DNA from: a plasmid
Strand: one strand, 5' to 3'
Length of the DNA: 64,000 bases
NCBI RefSeq assembly: GCF_054482525.1
Contig: NZ_JBTHVG010000003.1
The notes beneath the pieces are model-generated. The model searched no databases, was not told the DNA's origin, and saw only the letters and a program-made list of their open reading frames with translations. The stretch's first letter is position 1. Each line of letters opens with the position of its first letter. Positions 30,654-41,260 of this stretch are shown in pieces. The position numbers and the translations under genes were made by a program.

Positions 30654-31166
30654 ATGAGCGACTACATACCTAAAAAGAGAGGGCTGCTTATACTGGATTG
30701 GTATGTCCCCATTAATATTTTATTGCTGATTCTCGTTATGTGTGTCTTTTTCACCCGTTATACATTTGGATACGGTTTATTGAATGGGTGCCTGCCTGCT
30801 GATTTTTATATGATTGATCATTCGGATAAAACTATTAAAACTGGTGAACTCATAGCTTTCAACATGCCGAAATCGGTTCGTTTTATCCCAGAAAATGAAC
30901 GAGTCATAAAAATTGTTGCCGGTGTGGGCGGTGACAAACTCAAAGTAACAATGGATGGGGTTTATAACGGGGACAAATTTTTTGAAGCTAATGCACGTCG
31001 TATTTCAAAGAAATACAGTATTCCGTCCATTTTGATTGAAAAAGAATTGATAATTCCTGAAGGCGAAGTTTTCCTAATTGGGCAAACCGATCACTCATGG
31101 GATTCCCGTTTTTGGGGAACAGTAAAGCTGAATTCAGTAATTGGGAAAACATATGCGATCTTTTAA
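30654..31166 (+). CDS. Signal peptidase I-like (S26 family) protein, TraF/TrhF-like pilin-maturation peptidase
   Basis: 170 aa, N-terminal transmembrane segment, S26 box-E-like motif (DSRFWG) and a KIVAGVGGD segment. Location in the tra cluster. Confidence 0.55.
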   Translation: MSDYIPKKRGLLILDWYVPINILLLILVMCVFFTRYTFGYGLLNGCLPADFYMIDHSDKTIKTGELIAFNMPKSVRFIPENERVIKIVAGVGGDKLKVTMDGVYNGDKFFEANARRISKKYSIPSILIEKELIIPEGEVFLIGQTDHSWDSRFWGTVKLNSVIGKTYAIF

Positions 31167-32664
31167 TGTAAATAAAAAATATTTACCAATACTTCCTGGA
31201 CTTGCGTTATGTGCAGTTTTAAGTAATACAAATGCAAGCACTGAGTATCAACATGATGCTGACCTAATCGCTCAGCAAGCAAAAGGGCTTGGCGCTCAGG
31301 CTAAAGGTGCACAGCAGCCAGATGGGGCTCTTAGCCTTGATGCTACGCTAAATTCACCAGATGTGCAGAAGTACATTGCGCAAGCTGAAGCACTCAAAAA
31401 AAACCAGGACCTGAGCAGGCAAACAAACCGTGGTTACGTGCCCGGTATGAATGCGGATAGTGTTCAAGCAGTTATAGACCATACCCAGGCTATAAGGGCC
31501 CAAAGTAATAACTCTGATGCTGTCAACGATATAATTAGAAGACGTGATGAAATTCAGGAAAACGCCAGCCTTAATGAAGCGGCTCTGAAAGCTGTGGAAA
31601 ATAAGCCGGAAGTCATGCGAGGACAATCTAAAAATATCGAAAAATTGTTTGGTTCCTCGGGCATCACAGCTGCTGACTTCGAAAGAAAAATGGATAGCAC
31701 ACGTGAAGAAGCACTATCAACTGAAAATGGTATAACGATCTTTGCTTCATTTAGCTTACCGGATTATGTACTGGAAGACCTTTTACGTACGGCCTCAGAG
31801 CATAAAGCTCGTGTAGTTTTCAATGGTCTAAAGAAAGGAACTACTCGGCTACCAGAGACACAGGCAGCAATAAACCAAATGATTGTCAAAGGAAAATTTG
31901 AATCTCCTTTGATTACAATTGATCCTGATAGCTTCAGTCAGTATCAAGTAACTCAAGTACCGACAATTATTTCTCGGGAGCAAGCTCGTTTTGCAAAAAT
32001 GGTAGGGTCCTTCAACGTTGAGTTTTTTCAGCGAGAACTTGCTAAAAAACCCGATCAGGACATTTTTCCTGTTGCTGGTACGATTTATCCCGTTGAAGAA
32101 AAGAGCATCATTAAAGAACTGGAAGAACGCGCACAAAAATATGACTGGGAAGGTGCAAAAAAAAGGGCCGTTGCGGACACCTGGAAAAATCAATGGATGG
32201 TCGATCTCCCTCCTGCCCAGGAACACAAAGAATTTTTAATTGACCCTACAGTGAGGGTCACTCAGGACGTAAAAGATAAGCAGGGCCGTGTAATAGCTTC
32301 CGCCGGTGAGTTGATTAATCCACTTTCGAGATTTCCTCAAAACCTGACGATGATAATTTTCGATCCACTCAATCCGGGCCAGCTGGTATGGGCTGAGCAG
32401 CAGTATCGACAACGTCTGGGTAGTGGAAAAGTAATGCCAATGTTTACCCGTATCCAAAAAGATAATGGATGGGATCACCTAAATGATTTACGTGAAAAAT
32501 TTAACGGTAAGGTGTTTAAAGTAAACGAACAGATTATCTCACGCTTTCAGATTAAAAATACACCTGCGCTTATAACTACTGACCAAGATAAATTCCGGAT
32601 CACCCTGTTTAGCGAGGCAGAAGTCCGTGGAATCGGAGCCCCAAATCTTTCAGAGGAAAAATAA
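31153..32664 (+). CDS. traW: T4SS periplasmic protein TraW/TrbC-like
   Basis: About 500 aa, signal peptide, positioned before traU. Larger than F TraW, consistent with a TraW-TrbC fusion. The track start at 31141 is TTG; the ATG at 31153 is preferred. Confidence 0.45.
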   Translation: MRSFNVNKKYLPILPGLALCAVLSNTNASTEYQHDADLIAQQAKGLGAQAKGAQQPDGALSLDATLNSPDVQKYIAQAEALKKNQDLSRQTNRGYVPGMNADSVQAVIDHTQAIRAQSNNSDAVNDIIRRRDEIQENASLNEAALKAVENKPEVMRGQSKNIEKLFGSSGITAADFERKMDSTREEALSTENGITIFASFSLPDYVLEDLLRTASEHKARVVFNGLKKGTTRLPETQAAINQMIVKGKFESPLITIDPDSFSQYQVTQVPTIISREQARFAKMVGSFNVEFFQRELAKKPDQDIFPVAGTIYPVEEKSIIKELEERAQKYDWEGAKKRAVADTWKNQWMVDLPPAQEHKEFLIDPTVRVTQDVKDKQGRVIASAGELINPLSRFPQNLTMIIFDPLNPGQLVWAEQQYRQRLGSGKVMPMFTRIQKDNGWDHLNDLREKFNGKVFKVNEQIISRFQIKNTPALITTDQDKFRITLFSEAEVRGIGAPNLSEEK

Positions 32665-32665
32665 T

Positions 32666-32800
32666 ATGAAACTCGGATTTATTATAGGCGCTCTCTTTGC
32701 AACATGGCTGACGCTAAATTATCCGGACCAGATGAGAAGTTATTTTACCAAAGCCGTCGACTATATCGAAAGTGTTGCAACATTTATTACATCCAAGTGA
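32666..32800 (+). CDS. Putative 44-aa small membrane protein (not in the supplied ORF track)
   Basis: ATG at 32666 preceded by GAGGA. Encodes MKLGFIIGALFATWLTLNYPDQMRSYFTKAVDYIESVATFITSK. Fills the gap between the traW stop and the traU start. Confidence 0.3.
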   Translation: MKLGFIIGALFATWLTLNYPDQMRSYFTKAVDYIESVATFITSK

Positions 32801-32802
32801 GC

Positions 32803-33864
32803 ATGATGGTGAAAAAATTCAAAAAGTTACTTTTAGAGTTCATTGTAGCAGTTATGCTTTCGCTTTCTATACCTGGTATGGCTATGGCAGCAGATGCTGG
32901 AGTCCCTGGGGCTATGTGTCAGTCAGCTGGAGTGTGGCAGGGCTTGATTAAGAATATCTGTTGGAGCTGCATTTTTCCCATGAGGATAATGGGCATAGGG
33001 GCTGCTCCAGAAGGCGCTGCACCTTCACGTCCGGGTTGCTACTGCACAGATCAGAACGGCGTACCGGAAATAGGTTGGCAATTGAGCTTCTTTCAGCCGG
33101 TGAAGATTGTAGAAGTTGTAAAGAGCCCCTGGTGCAGCCCCTTTCTTGAAGGCACGATGCTTCAAAAATCGCAGTTTGATATTGGTAAAAGCAACACTAA
33201 TCAGCCAATGACAGCAACTGAAGCCGGATTTTACGATGTTCATCTTTGGGAGTTCCCAATCATGACAATGCTCAAATTACTGATTATTGGCGAGTGCACT
33301 GCTGAACCCTATATAGATGCCAGCCTGACCTATATAAGCGAAGTGGACCCTATGTGGGAAAGTGATCTGCTTACACTCGTCCTGAATCCCGAGGCAGTAG
33401 TTTTTGCAAACCCAATTGCCTCAATGGTGTGCGCTGCTGACTGTGTAGCAGTAACAGCAGGAAAGGATAATCTCGCTGCATACTTTTGTGCCGGATGCGA
33501 TGGCAACCTTTACCCATTAACCGGCCACATTTACGCAAATGATGACGCTGTAAGGACGAGTTCACTGATTACCCAGCGTCTTCTGACAAAACTACATCGC
33601 CAAGGCATGCTGATGCGAACGATGGGAGCAGACGCAATGTGTGAGAAAACGTGGGAATACTTTACACCACGTTCCCAGTATCGGCTTTCAATGCTTTTCC
33701 CTACTCCTGAGGCGAAGGGACCGGATTGCTGTCATCGTCTTGGTGATTCGGTACACGACTGGTCAACCCTTAAAGGTGGGCGCAAAAAAATAGGCAACGA
33801 TAATTATGTCTATATGTTGTGGCGTTACAATGACTGTTGTGTTCGCTACGTTCCAGGCGTTTGA
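32803..33864 (+). CDS. traU: T4SS protein TraU-like
   Basis: Signal peptide (MMVKKFKKLLLEFIVAVMLSLSIPGMAMA) and a Cys-rich periplasmic domain. Position between traW and traN. Confidence 0.6.
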   Translation: MMVKKFKKLLLEFIVAVMLSLSIPGMAMAADAGVPGAMCQSAGVWQGLIKNICWSCIFPMRIMGIGAAPEGAAPSRPGCYCTDQNGVPEIGWQLSFFQPVKIVEVVKSPWCSPFLEGTMLQKSQFDIGKSNTNQPMTATEAGFYDVHLWEFPIMTMLKLLIIGECTAEPYIDASLTYISEVDPMWESDLLTLVLNPEAVVFANPIASMVCAADCVAVTAGKDNLAAYFCAGCDGNLYPLTGHIYANDDAVRTSSLITQRLLTKLHRQGMLMRTMGADAMCEKTWEYFTPRSQYRLSMLFPTPEAKGPDCCHRLGDSVHDWSTLKGGRKKIGNDNYVYMLWRYNDCCVRYVPGV

Positions 33865-33882
33865 TTTCTAAGGAGAAAATAA

Positions 33883-36800
33883 GTGAAACTTAGAAAAACA
33901 ATCACCTCAGCGATTATTGCATCAATGGTTGCCAATACTATGAGTTGGGCTTTTTATGTCACACTCATAAACATGGTAATGACACCACGTGTTTACGCTG
34001 CTGACGCTATATTTGACCAGCTCGAAAATAATTTTAACCTTGCAAATCCTAACGCAAATCGCAATGCAACCACCAGTGCTCAGGACATTGTGGAGAAATA
34101 CAAGAACGCGGATTCAGGCGAGAATGTCAGTGGGAAGATCACCGAGAAATACGTGGGTAAAGCCGAATCCGCTAATCTTAATCTCGGGAAGTATGGGGCA
34201 GGGAACTCTAATGAAAGTGTCATGAAAAATGCCGCATCCGATGGAAAGTCTATTGGTAGCGCCGTACAACTGCCGAGTATGTCTGGAGGGACAATCAATT
34301 CAAACTACACCAAGGAAGGGGCAAAGCTGCTCTCTCGTGATGCTAATGGCAACATTGGTATAAGCAGTAATCCCAATACTACTCCTGGAACCAAAACAAA
34401 TACGGGAGAGATTTTCAGCTCAGAGCAAAAGCACAGCGATATAAAGTTCAACGCCGCAGATCGTTATGGGGATGAGGATGGCTTTGTTAACGATATAAAG
34501 AATCGGAAAAGCCAGTTATTTGATGCTCAAAGTTATGATGGCGTTGCCTACCGCACCCTCGTAAATGCTAACAAGGACAACCCGGCATCGTCTGTAAAGC
34601 CTAACGATCCCATGTTTACTGCGGGGAGAAATGAGATAACCAATGCTGTTGCTGGTACTGGAAACTGGCTTCAGAACTGTAATGTTGAGACCTCCAAAAA
34701 AACAGTAACCACACACTATCCTGATTACAAAGAGTTCTACTGTAACTCGCCTAAGCAAGATAACTTCAGCAGCTGCACGATAACTCGTGACTTCTCTGTT
34801 CCTGTATACATTTCAGGCGGAAACGGAGACATGTCGATGTGCGGCGATAATTGTGTGCGTATATGGTTTGGTCGCCGTGATGACAACTACTGGAGTGACG
34901 GGGTATTTGATAACGAACTGACATTAAAATTCCATCCGGATGCAAAATTGGCCTCAGCAAAGATTGTTAACGCGGAGTGGGATGACCACATGCGGGTAAC
35001 ACTTGATGGCACGCAGATTTTTGCTCACATAGATGGTGCATATCGAGAAAGTGACTATCCGGCTCCAAAGGGATCTTGGGAGTTAAAAAAATCGTGGAAA
35101 CTCGACAAAGTATACGATGTAACTGAAAAGGTCAGAAAATCAGTTTATGAAGAACCTGATCGTGAAGTGACAATGGCATCCAGAGTCTGGGTTGGTGGGG
35201 GAGGTGAAGGGTACTTTGAGGTTGAGCTGACGTTTGAAAATATGAAGCTCGAAGATAAGCACGTCCAGGAACCAGCTGGTTGTTACGATGCTGTACAAAC
35301 ACCAAATACATTCTGCCGTTTCGATCGGTTTAAAGATATGGATGTTGGCACGAAGCGGCTTCCGGAAAGCGTGCTTTCTATGGCAAAGCCGCTGTATGAA
35401 GGCGATAAAGGCTTTCTTACCTGGAAGACTAACCTTGAAGGCTATTTTTGTGATCCATTGGCTAAAGACAAGATTTGCTCTTATGACGCCAGTGGGAAAA
35501 TTATGAAAGACGCTAATGGAAAGGACCTCTGTTACAACTACGAAGAAATTAAGAGTATGCCTGATGCATGTAGTTCTTATAAAAATGATGCAGCATGTGT
35601 ACTCGATAAACAAACATGTGCAGAGGGTTGGTTCGATGAGGGCACTAACAGCTGCTACATGTATGAACAGAAATACACCTGTGACAGAGGTAAGGATGTA
35701 GTTCGTGAGGTTGAATCTTCTACAAATGCCTGTGTTGGCATGATCCCATGTTCTGGAGGAACATGCGAAACTGGGCCAAAGGAAGAGAACAACGATTTTG
35801 GAAAAGTTGCGGCTTATTCAAACATGGTTCAGTACATGCAGGGCGAAGCCAAATGCGAAGACCCTAACGATGCCAATTCCTGTTCTGTCTTTGAAGGAAA
35901 ACCTGAATGGTGTGGTCGTTCAGTAGGCTTTGTAAATGGCCTGGCAAAGACGGACTGCTGCGAAGCACCGCAGGGAACCGCAGGAGCACTTGAAGGTATC
36001 ATGCTTGCCGGATCTATGATCAGAAACACTAACTGGACCAGAGTTAATGCTCAGCTAATAAAATGGACCGGCGGTGATACAGGTACATGGGCTTCTATGT
36101 CCAATGCGGTCGGTGAGTGGACTGCATCAGCTGGTAAAACAGTAGGGCAAATGTGGAACAATGTCACGAGCTCCTTAACGAGCGTATATGAAAACGTCGC
36201 TGGTAATCTAAGCAGGGCAGTTGGGTCTTCCGCAACTTCTGGAGGGGCAGGAGGTGCTGGCCAGTTGGCACAGGAAACAATGTCCAGCTTCGGTATAGGT
36301 CAGCTTAAGCAGATGGCAATGAAGAAAGCCTACGAATTGCTACCAGATACAGTTCGAGACTTTGTCTTTAAGAACGTTGCTACTACCGGAGGAGAGGTTG
36401 TCTTCTCGGCTGCGGTTCAAAACTTTATGCTTGCATTAAACGTGATCGGTTGGATTTATACAGCCTATCAGGTCACTAAAATGCTTTTAGAAATGTTGGT
36501 AGCATGCGACCAGAAAGAGATGGAAGCTTCTATTCATAAGAATCAAAAATCCTGTTTTACATTAGATACGGAACGATGCGTCAAATATCTGAATGTTGGT
36601 TTCACAAAGAAATGCGTTAAAAAAGCAACAGACATGTGCTGTTATAATTCCATGTTGTCACGCGTTATTATGCAACAAGCTTATCCGCAATTAGGAATAG
36701 ACCCTGTCGCCTCTAATTGCGTGGGGCTATCAATAAAGCAAATACAGCAACTGGATTTCGATAAAATTGATCTGACGGAGTGGATTAATGATGCAGTTCA

Positions 36801-37071
36801 GGTAGGAGAAGTTCCTGATCAATATTCAAAATTCTCCGAAGAATCAATTGTGGAAAACTTACCATTCCAGAATGAGAACTATCAACTTCCATCAGAACGT
36901 ACCAAGGAAGCAATGGGCGGTGAAGAAAATATGATAAAGGCCAGACAAGAAAATGCTCAGGCTATAAAAGAGGAAAATGTAGATTGTAGCTATTTACCTC
37001 GACCGGCCATATGTGAGGTAGGTTCAACTACGCTGGATCCGGTTACGGGCAAGCAGTTGCCGAAATATTGA
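33883..37071 (+). CDS. traN: Mating-pair stabilisation outer-membrane protein TraN-like
   Basis: 1062 aa with a Cys-rich central/C-terminal region. GTG start with an AAGGAG ribosome-binding site. Follows traU. Confidence 0.6.
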   Translation: MKLRKTITSAIIASMVANTMSWAFYVTLINMVMTPRVYAADAIFDQLENNFNLANPNANRNATTSAQDIVEKYKNADSGENVSGKITEKYVGKAESANLNLGKYGAGNSNESVMKNAASDGKSIGSAVQLPSMSGGTINSNYTKEGAKLLSRDANGNIGISSNPNTTPGTKTNTGEIFSSEQKHSDIKFNAADRYGDEDGFVNDIKNRKSQLFDAQSYDGVAYRTLVNANKDNPASSVKPNDPMFTAGRNEITNAVAGTGNWLQNCNVETSKKTVTTHYPDYKEFYCNSPKQDNFSSCTITRDFSVPVYISGGNGDMSMCGDNCVRIWFGRRDDNYWSDGVFDNELTLKFHPDAKLASAKIVNAEWDDHMRVTLDGTQIFAHIDGAYRESDYPAPKGSWELKKSWKLDKVYDVTEKVRKSVYEEPDREVTMASRVWVGGGGEGYFEVELTFENMKLEDKHVQEPAGCYDAVQTPNTFCRFDRFKDMDVGTKRLPESVLSMAKPLYEGDKGFLTWKTNLEGYFCDPLAKDKICSYDASGKIMKDANGKDLCYNYEEIKSMPDACSSYKNDAACVLDKQTCAEGWFDEGTNSCYMYEQKYTCDRGKDVVREVESSTNACVGMIPCSGGTCETGPKEENNDFGKVAAYSNMVQYMQGEAKCEDPNDANSCSVFEGKPEWCGRSVGFVNGLAKTDCCEAPQGTAGALEGIMLAGSMIRNTNWTRVNAQLIKWTGGDTGTWASMSNAVGEWTASAGKTVGQMWNNVTSSLTSVYENVAGNLSRAVGSSATSGGAGGAGQLAQETMSSFGIGQLKQMAMKKAYELLPDTVRDFVFKNVATTGGEVVFSAAVQNFMLALNVIGWIYTAYQVTKMLLEMLVACDQKEMEASIHKNQKSCFTLDTERCVKYLNVGFTKKCVKKATDMCCYNSMLSRVIMQQAYPQLGIDPVASNCVGLSIKQIQQLDFDKIDLTEWINDAVQVGEVPDQYSKFSEESIVENLPFQNENYQLPSERTKEAMGGEENMIKARQENAQAIKEENVDCSYLPRPAICEVGSTTLDPVTGKQLPKY

Positions 37072-37072
37072 A

Positions 37073-37097
37073 GAAGGGGCCGTTAGGCCCCTTTTTT
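37073..37097. terminator. Bidirectional intrinsic terminator between convergent traN and the lipoprotein gene
   Basis: ggggccgttaggcccc hairpin flanked by a T-run on the plus strand and an A-run upstream. Confidence 0.6.
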
Positions 37098-37099
37098 AA

Positions 37100-37972
37100 T
37101 TACTTGGCTTTCAATGTTTTTTCTGGGAAGCCTTTTTTACCGTATTCACCGGTAAAGAGGTAATAATCTTTTCCGTTGATGGAGGCTGCAACACCCCCTG
37201 GAGTTGTTGTATTTGGGCTATCAGAACGGAAAATGATACCCGAAAAATCAGCGCTTGTTTCGTTTCCTTTAAATGGGATGAACACATAACGAATTACAGC
37301 GTAATCACCAGCGGGAAGGTTTAGCTGAGGAATTTCGGTTCCTGTTGCGGGGCGAATCGCCTGAAAGCTGTACATTGAATCTGTAGGGAAAACATCAGCA
37401 TCAGGCTTAGAGGGCAGATCACAGGTACTCCATTTATTGACGACTGCCATATCAATTTTACATGTGGCCAGAGCTGCTTTCTGTTTTTCAGGGTTGTATC
37501 CAAATGAGGCCTGAGTTGCTTTTGTATGCTCAAAAACATACTTAGCTCCTTCACGTACCAAACTTTCATCATTGTAAGGCAATTTTTTTGGATTGGGGAC
37601 GAACACTAGGTATTGATTGACCTGGATGTATTCGGCGTCAGAAGAACTGTACAAAGAGCCGAGGCTCATGATCCCAAAACCTTTTAGACCGCCTGTTACG
37701 TAGCCCATCGAACTATTGATGAGATACTTAGAAAGAAAGTTGTCGGCATCCCCTCCAGGAGTAACCTCTTGCTCCTTAAAATTAACGTCGAAACCAGCAA
37801 ACGAATAGGCATTCTTGGCGACAGAATCATTTGCTTTAGCATGCCAGTACTGGCCGTGACTGTACGCATTCAGAGCGGTGCCTGGCGTAGTGCCGGTGTC
37901 ACCGGCACAACCCGATAGGGAAAAACCAATGACGACAGAAGAGACCAGAGATACTAAACGTAAAAGTTTCAT
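37100..37972 (-). CDS. Hypothetical lipoprotein
   Basis: 290 aa, lipobox LSGC after a signal peptide. Confidence 0.4.
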   Translation of the reverse strand: MKLLRLVSLVSSVVIGFSLSGCAGDTGTTPGTALNAYSHGQYWHAKANDSVAKNAYSFAGFDVNFKEQEVTPGGDADNFLSKYLINSSMGYVTGGLKGFGIMSLGSLYSSSDAEYIQVNQYLVFVPNPKKLPYNDESLVREGAKYVFEHTKATQASFGYNPEKQKAALATCKIDMAVVNKWSTCDLPSKPDADVFPTDSMYSFQAIRPATGTEIPQLNLPAGDYAVIRYVFIPFKGNETSADFSGIIFRSDSPNTTTPGGVAASINGKDYYLFTGEYGKKGFPEKTLKAK

Positions 37973-38151
37973 TTAAAGCCCTTTTTGTAATGTCTTTTGG
38001 AGATGGAACCATTATTCCATAGTCACGCGTTTCACAAACAACCTGATTGCATAAAAAAGGAAAAAAAGTGATTTCCAGTAGAACCAGCAGTACACAAGAA
38101 AAGCGCTTTTATAAAAATGTATAATTATTAAAACGAAGTAATGAGGTTGAA

Positions 38152-39936
38152 ATGGGTAAGCCAACAGAAGAGCAAAGACCTGTTATCGAGAATGCTAGCG
38201 CAAACAATATGGTGATAGCAGCGCCTGGATCAGGCAAATCATTCACCATGATAGAAGCGGTTATATCGATTCTCAAAAAGTATCCATATGCAAGAATCGG
38301 GATGGTGACCTTTACTCGCGCTGCAACAAACGCACTTGCAGCAAAGTTACAAAAGCGATTGAGCAAGAAGGATCTTGACCGGGTGCTGGTGGATACTTTT
38401 CACGGACTCGTTAAGAAGCAACTGGACATGATTCGCTGGCCGGGAAAGATGTTGATAGGGCCAGCACAGAGATCTGTCATTCACCGGGCTTTGAAAGAAT
38501 CCGGTGTAACGATGAAGTTTGCTGAAGCTGAATTCGTTATTGATGCTATCGGCAGAGAAATGGATACGGATGTGATTTCAGTTCGGCATAACAGACAACA
38601 GATCCATTTATTTAATACCTATCAGGCGTTATGCCAGAAAGACCATGTGGCGGACCTCAATGCTCTTTCAAAATTTGTTGTCGGTCAAATGCATTCGGGA
38701 AAAATGCGCACGTTAGATTTGACACATTTGATAGTAGACGAAGTTCAGGATACTGACTCTATACAATTCTCATGGATAGCATTGCATACAAGAGCTGGAG
38801 TCTATACGAGTATAGTTGGAGACGATGATCAGGCCATCTACTCCTTCAGATCCTCAGGAGGAGTCAAAATATTTCAACAGTTTGAAAAACACTTCAGACC
38901 TAACATATTTTACTTAAACACATGCTTTAGGTGTGAACCTGAAATTTTAGAGGTGGCCGGAGCACTGATAGGAAAGAATGTTTACCGTTATGCCAAAGAG
39001 TTACGCTCGGCAAAAAAGGGAGGAGGAAAGGTCACTTTTCGTTCATATGTAGATATGGAGGAACAGATACAGGGTATTTTAAGCCTTATAAATCAGGATC
39101 CACATGGATGGGCAATTCTAAGCCGCAATAATGCTCACTTGGATGAGCTAGAAAGTTTGATCGAACAGCCAGTAATTCGTTACGGAGGTAAATCATTCTG
39201 GGATGAAAAAGAAACAAGCGATGTGTTAAGCCTTATGGCCTTTTTCCGACAATCAAATGATCCTCGCTTAATGAAGAGAGTATTGGCATTGTTTGGAGAA
39301 CAGGAATCAGTTTTGGATGATGTGGCATTGAGTATGAGAGGAAGAAAAGTTACTTTTGGCGACCTTGCCATCCCGGAGGACAGTTCTCTCGAAACAAAAA
39401 CATTACATTCAAACTTCGTGCGCTTTACCCAGGAAAGTACTGATAAAGTTGAGATAGCAAAACGTTTCGCCAACCTTACGAAATGGATGGAATCGTCGTC
39501 AATCAAGATGAGGAGTAATAAAGGTACAGCAACCTTAACAAAAATTGCTTTAGACACTTGTAAACAGTGGGCAGAAAAGACTGGTTGGATGAATATGATC
39601 AATCGTGCTGCTGCAATGTCATTAGGCCCTAGGAAGAAGGACGAGGAATACAGCCCAGAGAAAGTAGTCCTATCAACCTTGCATGGTTCAAAGGGTCTTG
39701 AGTGGAATAAAGTAATAATAATGAGTTGTAATGCGGATCAGATACCAAGTAAAAGATCAGTTGGGGAGGAGGCAATAGAAGAAGAAAGACGTTTGCTTTA
39801 TGTTGGATTTACGCGTGCAGAAAAGCAACTTTTTGTAATGTGGTATGGTGACCCTTCTTTCTTTTTAAGAGAATGCAGTGAAGAAAAGATAAAAGAAGCA
39901 GCTAATATTCGAATTTCTCCAGTTTATACAGAATAA
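38152..39936 (+). CDS. UvrD/PcrA-like superfamily I DNA helicase (short form)
   Basis: 594 aa. Motif I AAPGSGKSF, motif II VDEVQD, motif III GDDDQAIYSFR, C-terminal LSTLHGSKGLEW. GAGG ribosome-binding site. Confidence 0.85.
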   Translation: MGKPTEEQRPVIENASANNMVIAAPGSGKSFTMIEAVISILKKYPYARIGMVTFTRAATNALAAKLQKRLSKKDLDRVLVDTFHGLVKKQLDMIRWPGKMLIGPAQRSVIHRALKESGVTMKFAEAEFVIDAIGREMDTDVISVRHNRQQIHLFNTYQALCQKDHVADLNALSKFVVGQMHSGKMRTLDLTHLIVDEVQDTDSIQFSWIALHTRAGVYTSIVGDDDQAIYSFRSSGGVKIFQQFEKHFRPNIFYLNTCFRCEPEILEVAGALIGKNVYRYAKELRSAKKGGGKVTFRSYVDMEEQIQGILSLINQDPHGWAILSRNNAHLDELESLIEQPVIRYGGKSFWDEKETSDVLSLMAFFRQSNDPRLMKRVLALFGEQESVLDDVALSMRGRKVTFGDLAIPEDSSLETKTLHSNFVRFTQESTDKVEIAKRFANLTKWMESSSIKMRSNKGTATLTKIALDTCKQWAEKTGWMNMINRAAAMSLGPRKKDEEYSPEKVVLSTLHGSKGLEWNKVIIMSCNADQIPSKRSVGEEAIEEERRLLYVGFTRAEKQLFVMWYGDPSFFLRECSEEKIKEAANIRISPVYTE

Positions 39937-40330
39937 TTCGATATGGGCATTTACTTATGCTTAAAGCTATAGTATAAAAACAATGAGCTTAAATATCAGC
40001 TCCCAAATTTGAGTAACTTTGCTTAAAGTTACTTTCGCGTTAAGCGTTGATTTAGCCGTGAAAAGCGGCCAGCTTAAACAAGCTGTAAGACACCACCGGC
40101 AAAATGTCACCTTTGTCGCTGGTGCACTTCCCATGCCTGAAAAAGGCAATCTGAATTTACCAAACCGTAACTAATTTAGCTCCTCCTGGAGCTATTTTTG
40201 TTGCGTACTTCTAATGCCAGATAGTATAAATCAGGCGGTTCATAGCTTACGGGAGATGAATGACAGGCTTTGCCTTCGTGTTGAAACAAAAAATTGTTTC
40301 TTCCTTCTTACTATATATAGGTGACCCCAA

Positions 40331-41203
40331 ATGTCTAAAAATAAAGCTCGCAGTAAAGCCCTTCATCAAACCTTTAGTGAAATTATTCCAGAGATGGATA
40401 AGGCGCTAAACAAACAGCTCTTAGAAGTTCTGATGAAATATACAGAACGTGATAATGAACTGATTGTTATTTTGAATGAGGACGGCCCAAATATCATTGA
40501 ACTTAAGTCTCTTAAGCCTGTGTCGTTGTTGGCCGAAAAGCTTTCTGCTTATTCAAGCTATTATCATGTGGATGTTGTGGAGCTCGTGGTCAAGAAAATT
40601 GATTTCGAAGGAGCTTATAAGCTTCTTAAAGCTTCCCCAGATGTACCACTTTTTAAAAGCTTAACTGAACTGGATAAATATCTTGTTGAGGAGTTTGAAA
40701 AATACGGATTAAATTCATTTCTTGACGTGGATAATCTGGATTACTCACTTGAAAAAGCCAGTGAACTCAAAAATGAGCAGTTAATAAATTGGGTTTCGGA
40801 CATCATTTGCAAACGTGAAAAATTAACTTTACGTAAGCGTTTTGATGTCGCAGTAAAGGCCCACTACGAAAATGTAGAAAAAATGTATGATACCATTCGT
40901 CCGTTAATGAAAAAACTGGGTTTCCCAGAAGATCTCATGACGCACACCTTTAGTGAGTTAAGCGTTTTTGAAACTAAAGGATGGGACCATGCAATAAAAT
41001 CGAAAATTGAGACTCTCGCTAAGCGTGAAACTCAATATTTAGATGATGCGGCTAAAGCAGAGAATCGACGTCTTGTAACAGAGAAGTTGGAGAACTCTTT
41101 AGCGATTGCACCAACTAAACCAACAAGAAATTGGTTACATATTGCCGGAATTGCCTGTTTGGTAGTCTGCACGTTCATGTATGTAACTAATAAATTTATT
41201 TAA
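40331..41203 (+). CDS. Hypothetical protein with C-terminal transmembrane anchor
   Basis: 290 aa, hydrophobic tail (WLHIAGIACLVVCTFMYV). Confidence 0.35.
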   Translation: MSKNKARSKALHQTFSEIIPEMDKALNKQLLEVLMKYTERDNELIVILNEDGPNIIELKSLKPVSLLAEKLSAYSSYYHVDVVELVVKKIDFEGAYKLLKASPDVPLFKSLTELDKYLVEEFEKYGLNSFLDVDNLDYSLEKASELKNEQLINWVSDIICKREKLTLRKRFDVAVKAHYENVEKMYDTIRPLMKKLGFPEDLMTHTFSELSVFETKGWDHAIKSKIETLAKRETQYLDDAAKAENRRLVTEKLENSLAIAPTKPTRNWLHIAGIACLVVCTFMYVTNKFI

Positions 41204-41260
41204 TCCTGTTAAGGGGGAACCCTAACGGGGCTTCTCTTTGAACAAATCGAGGAGCGGAAA

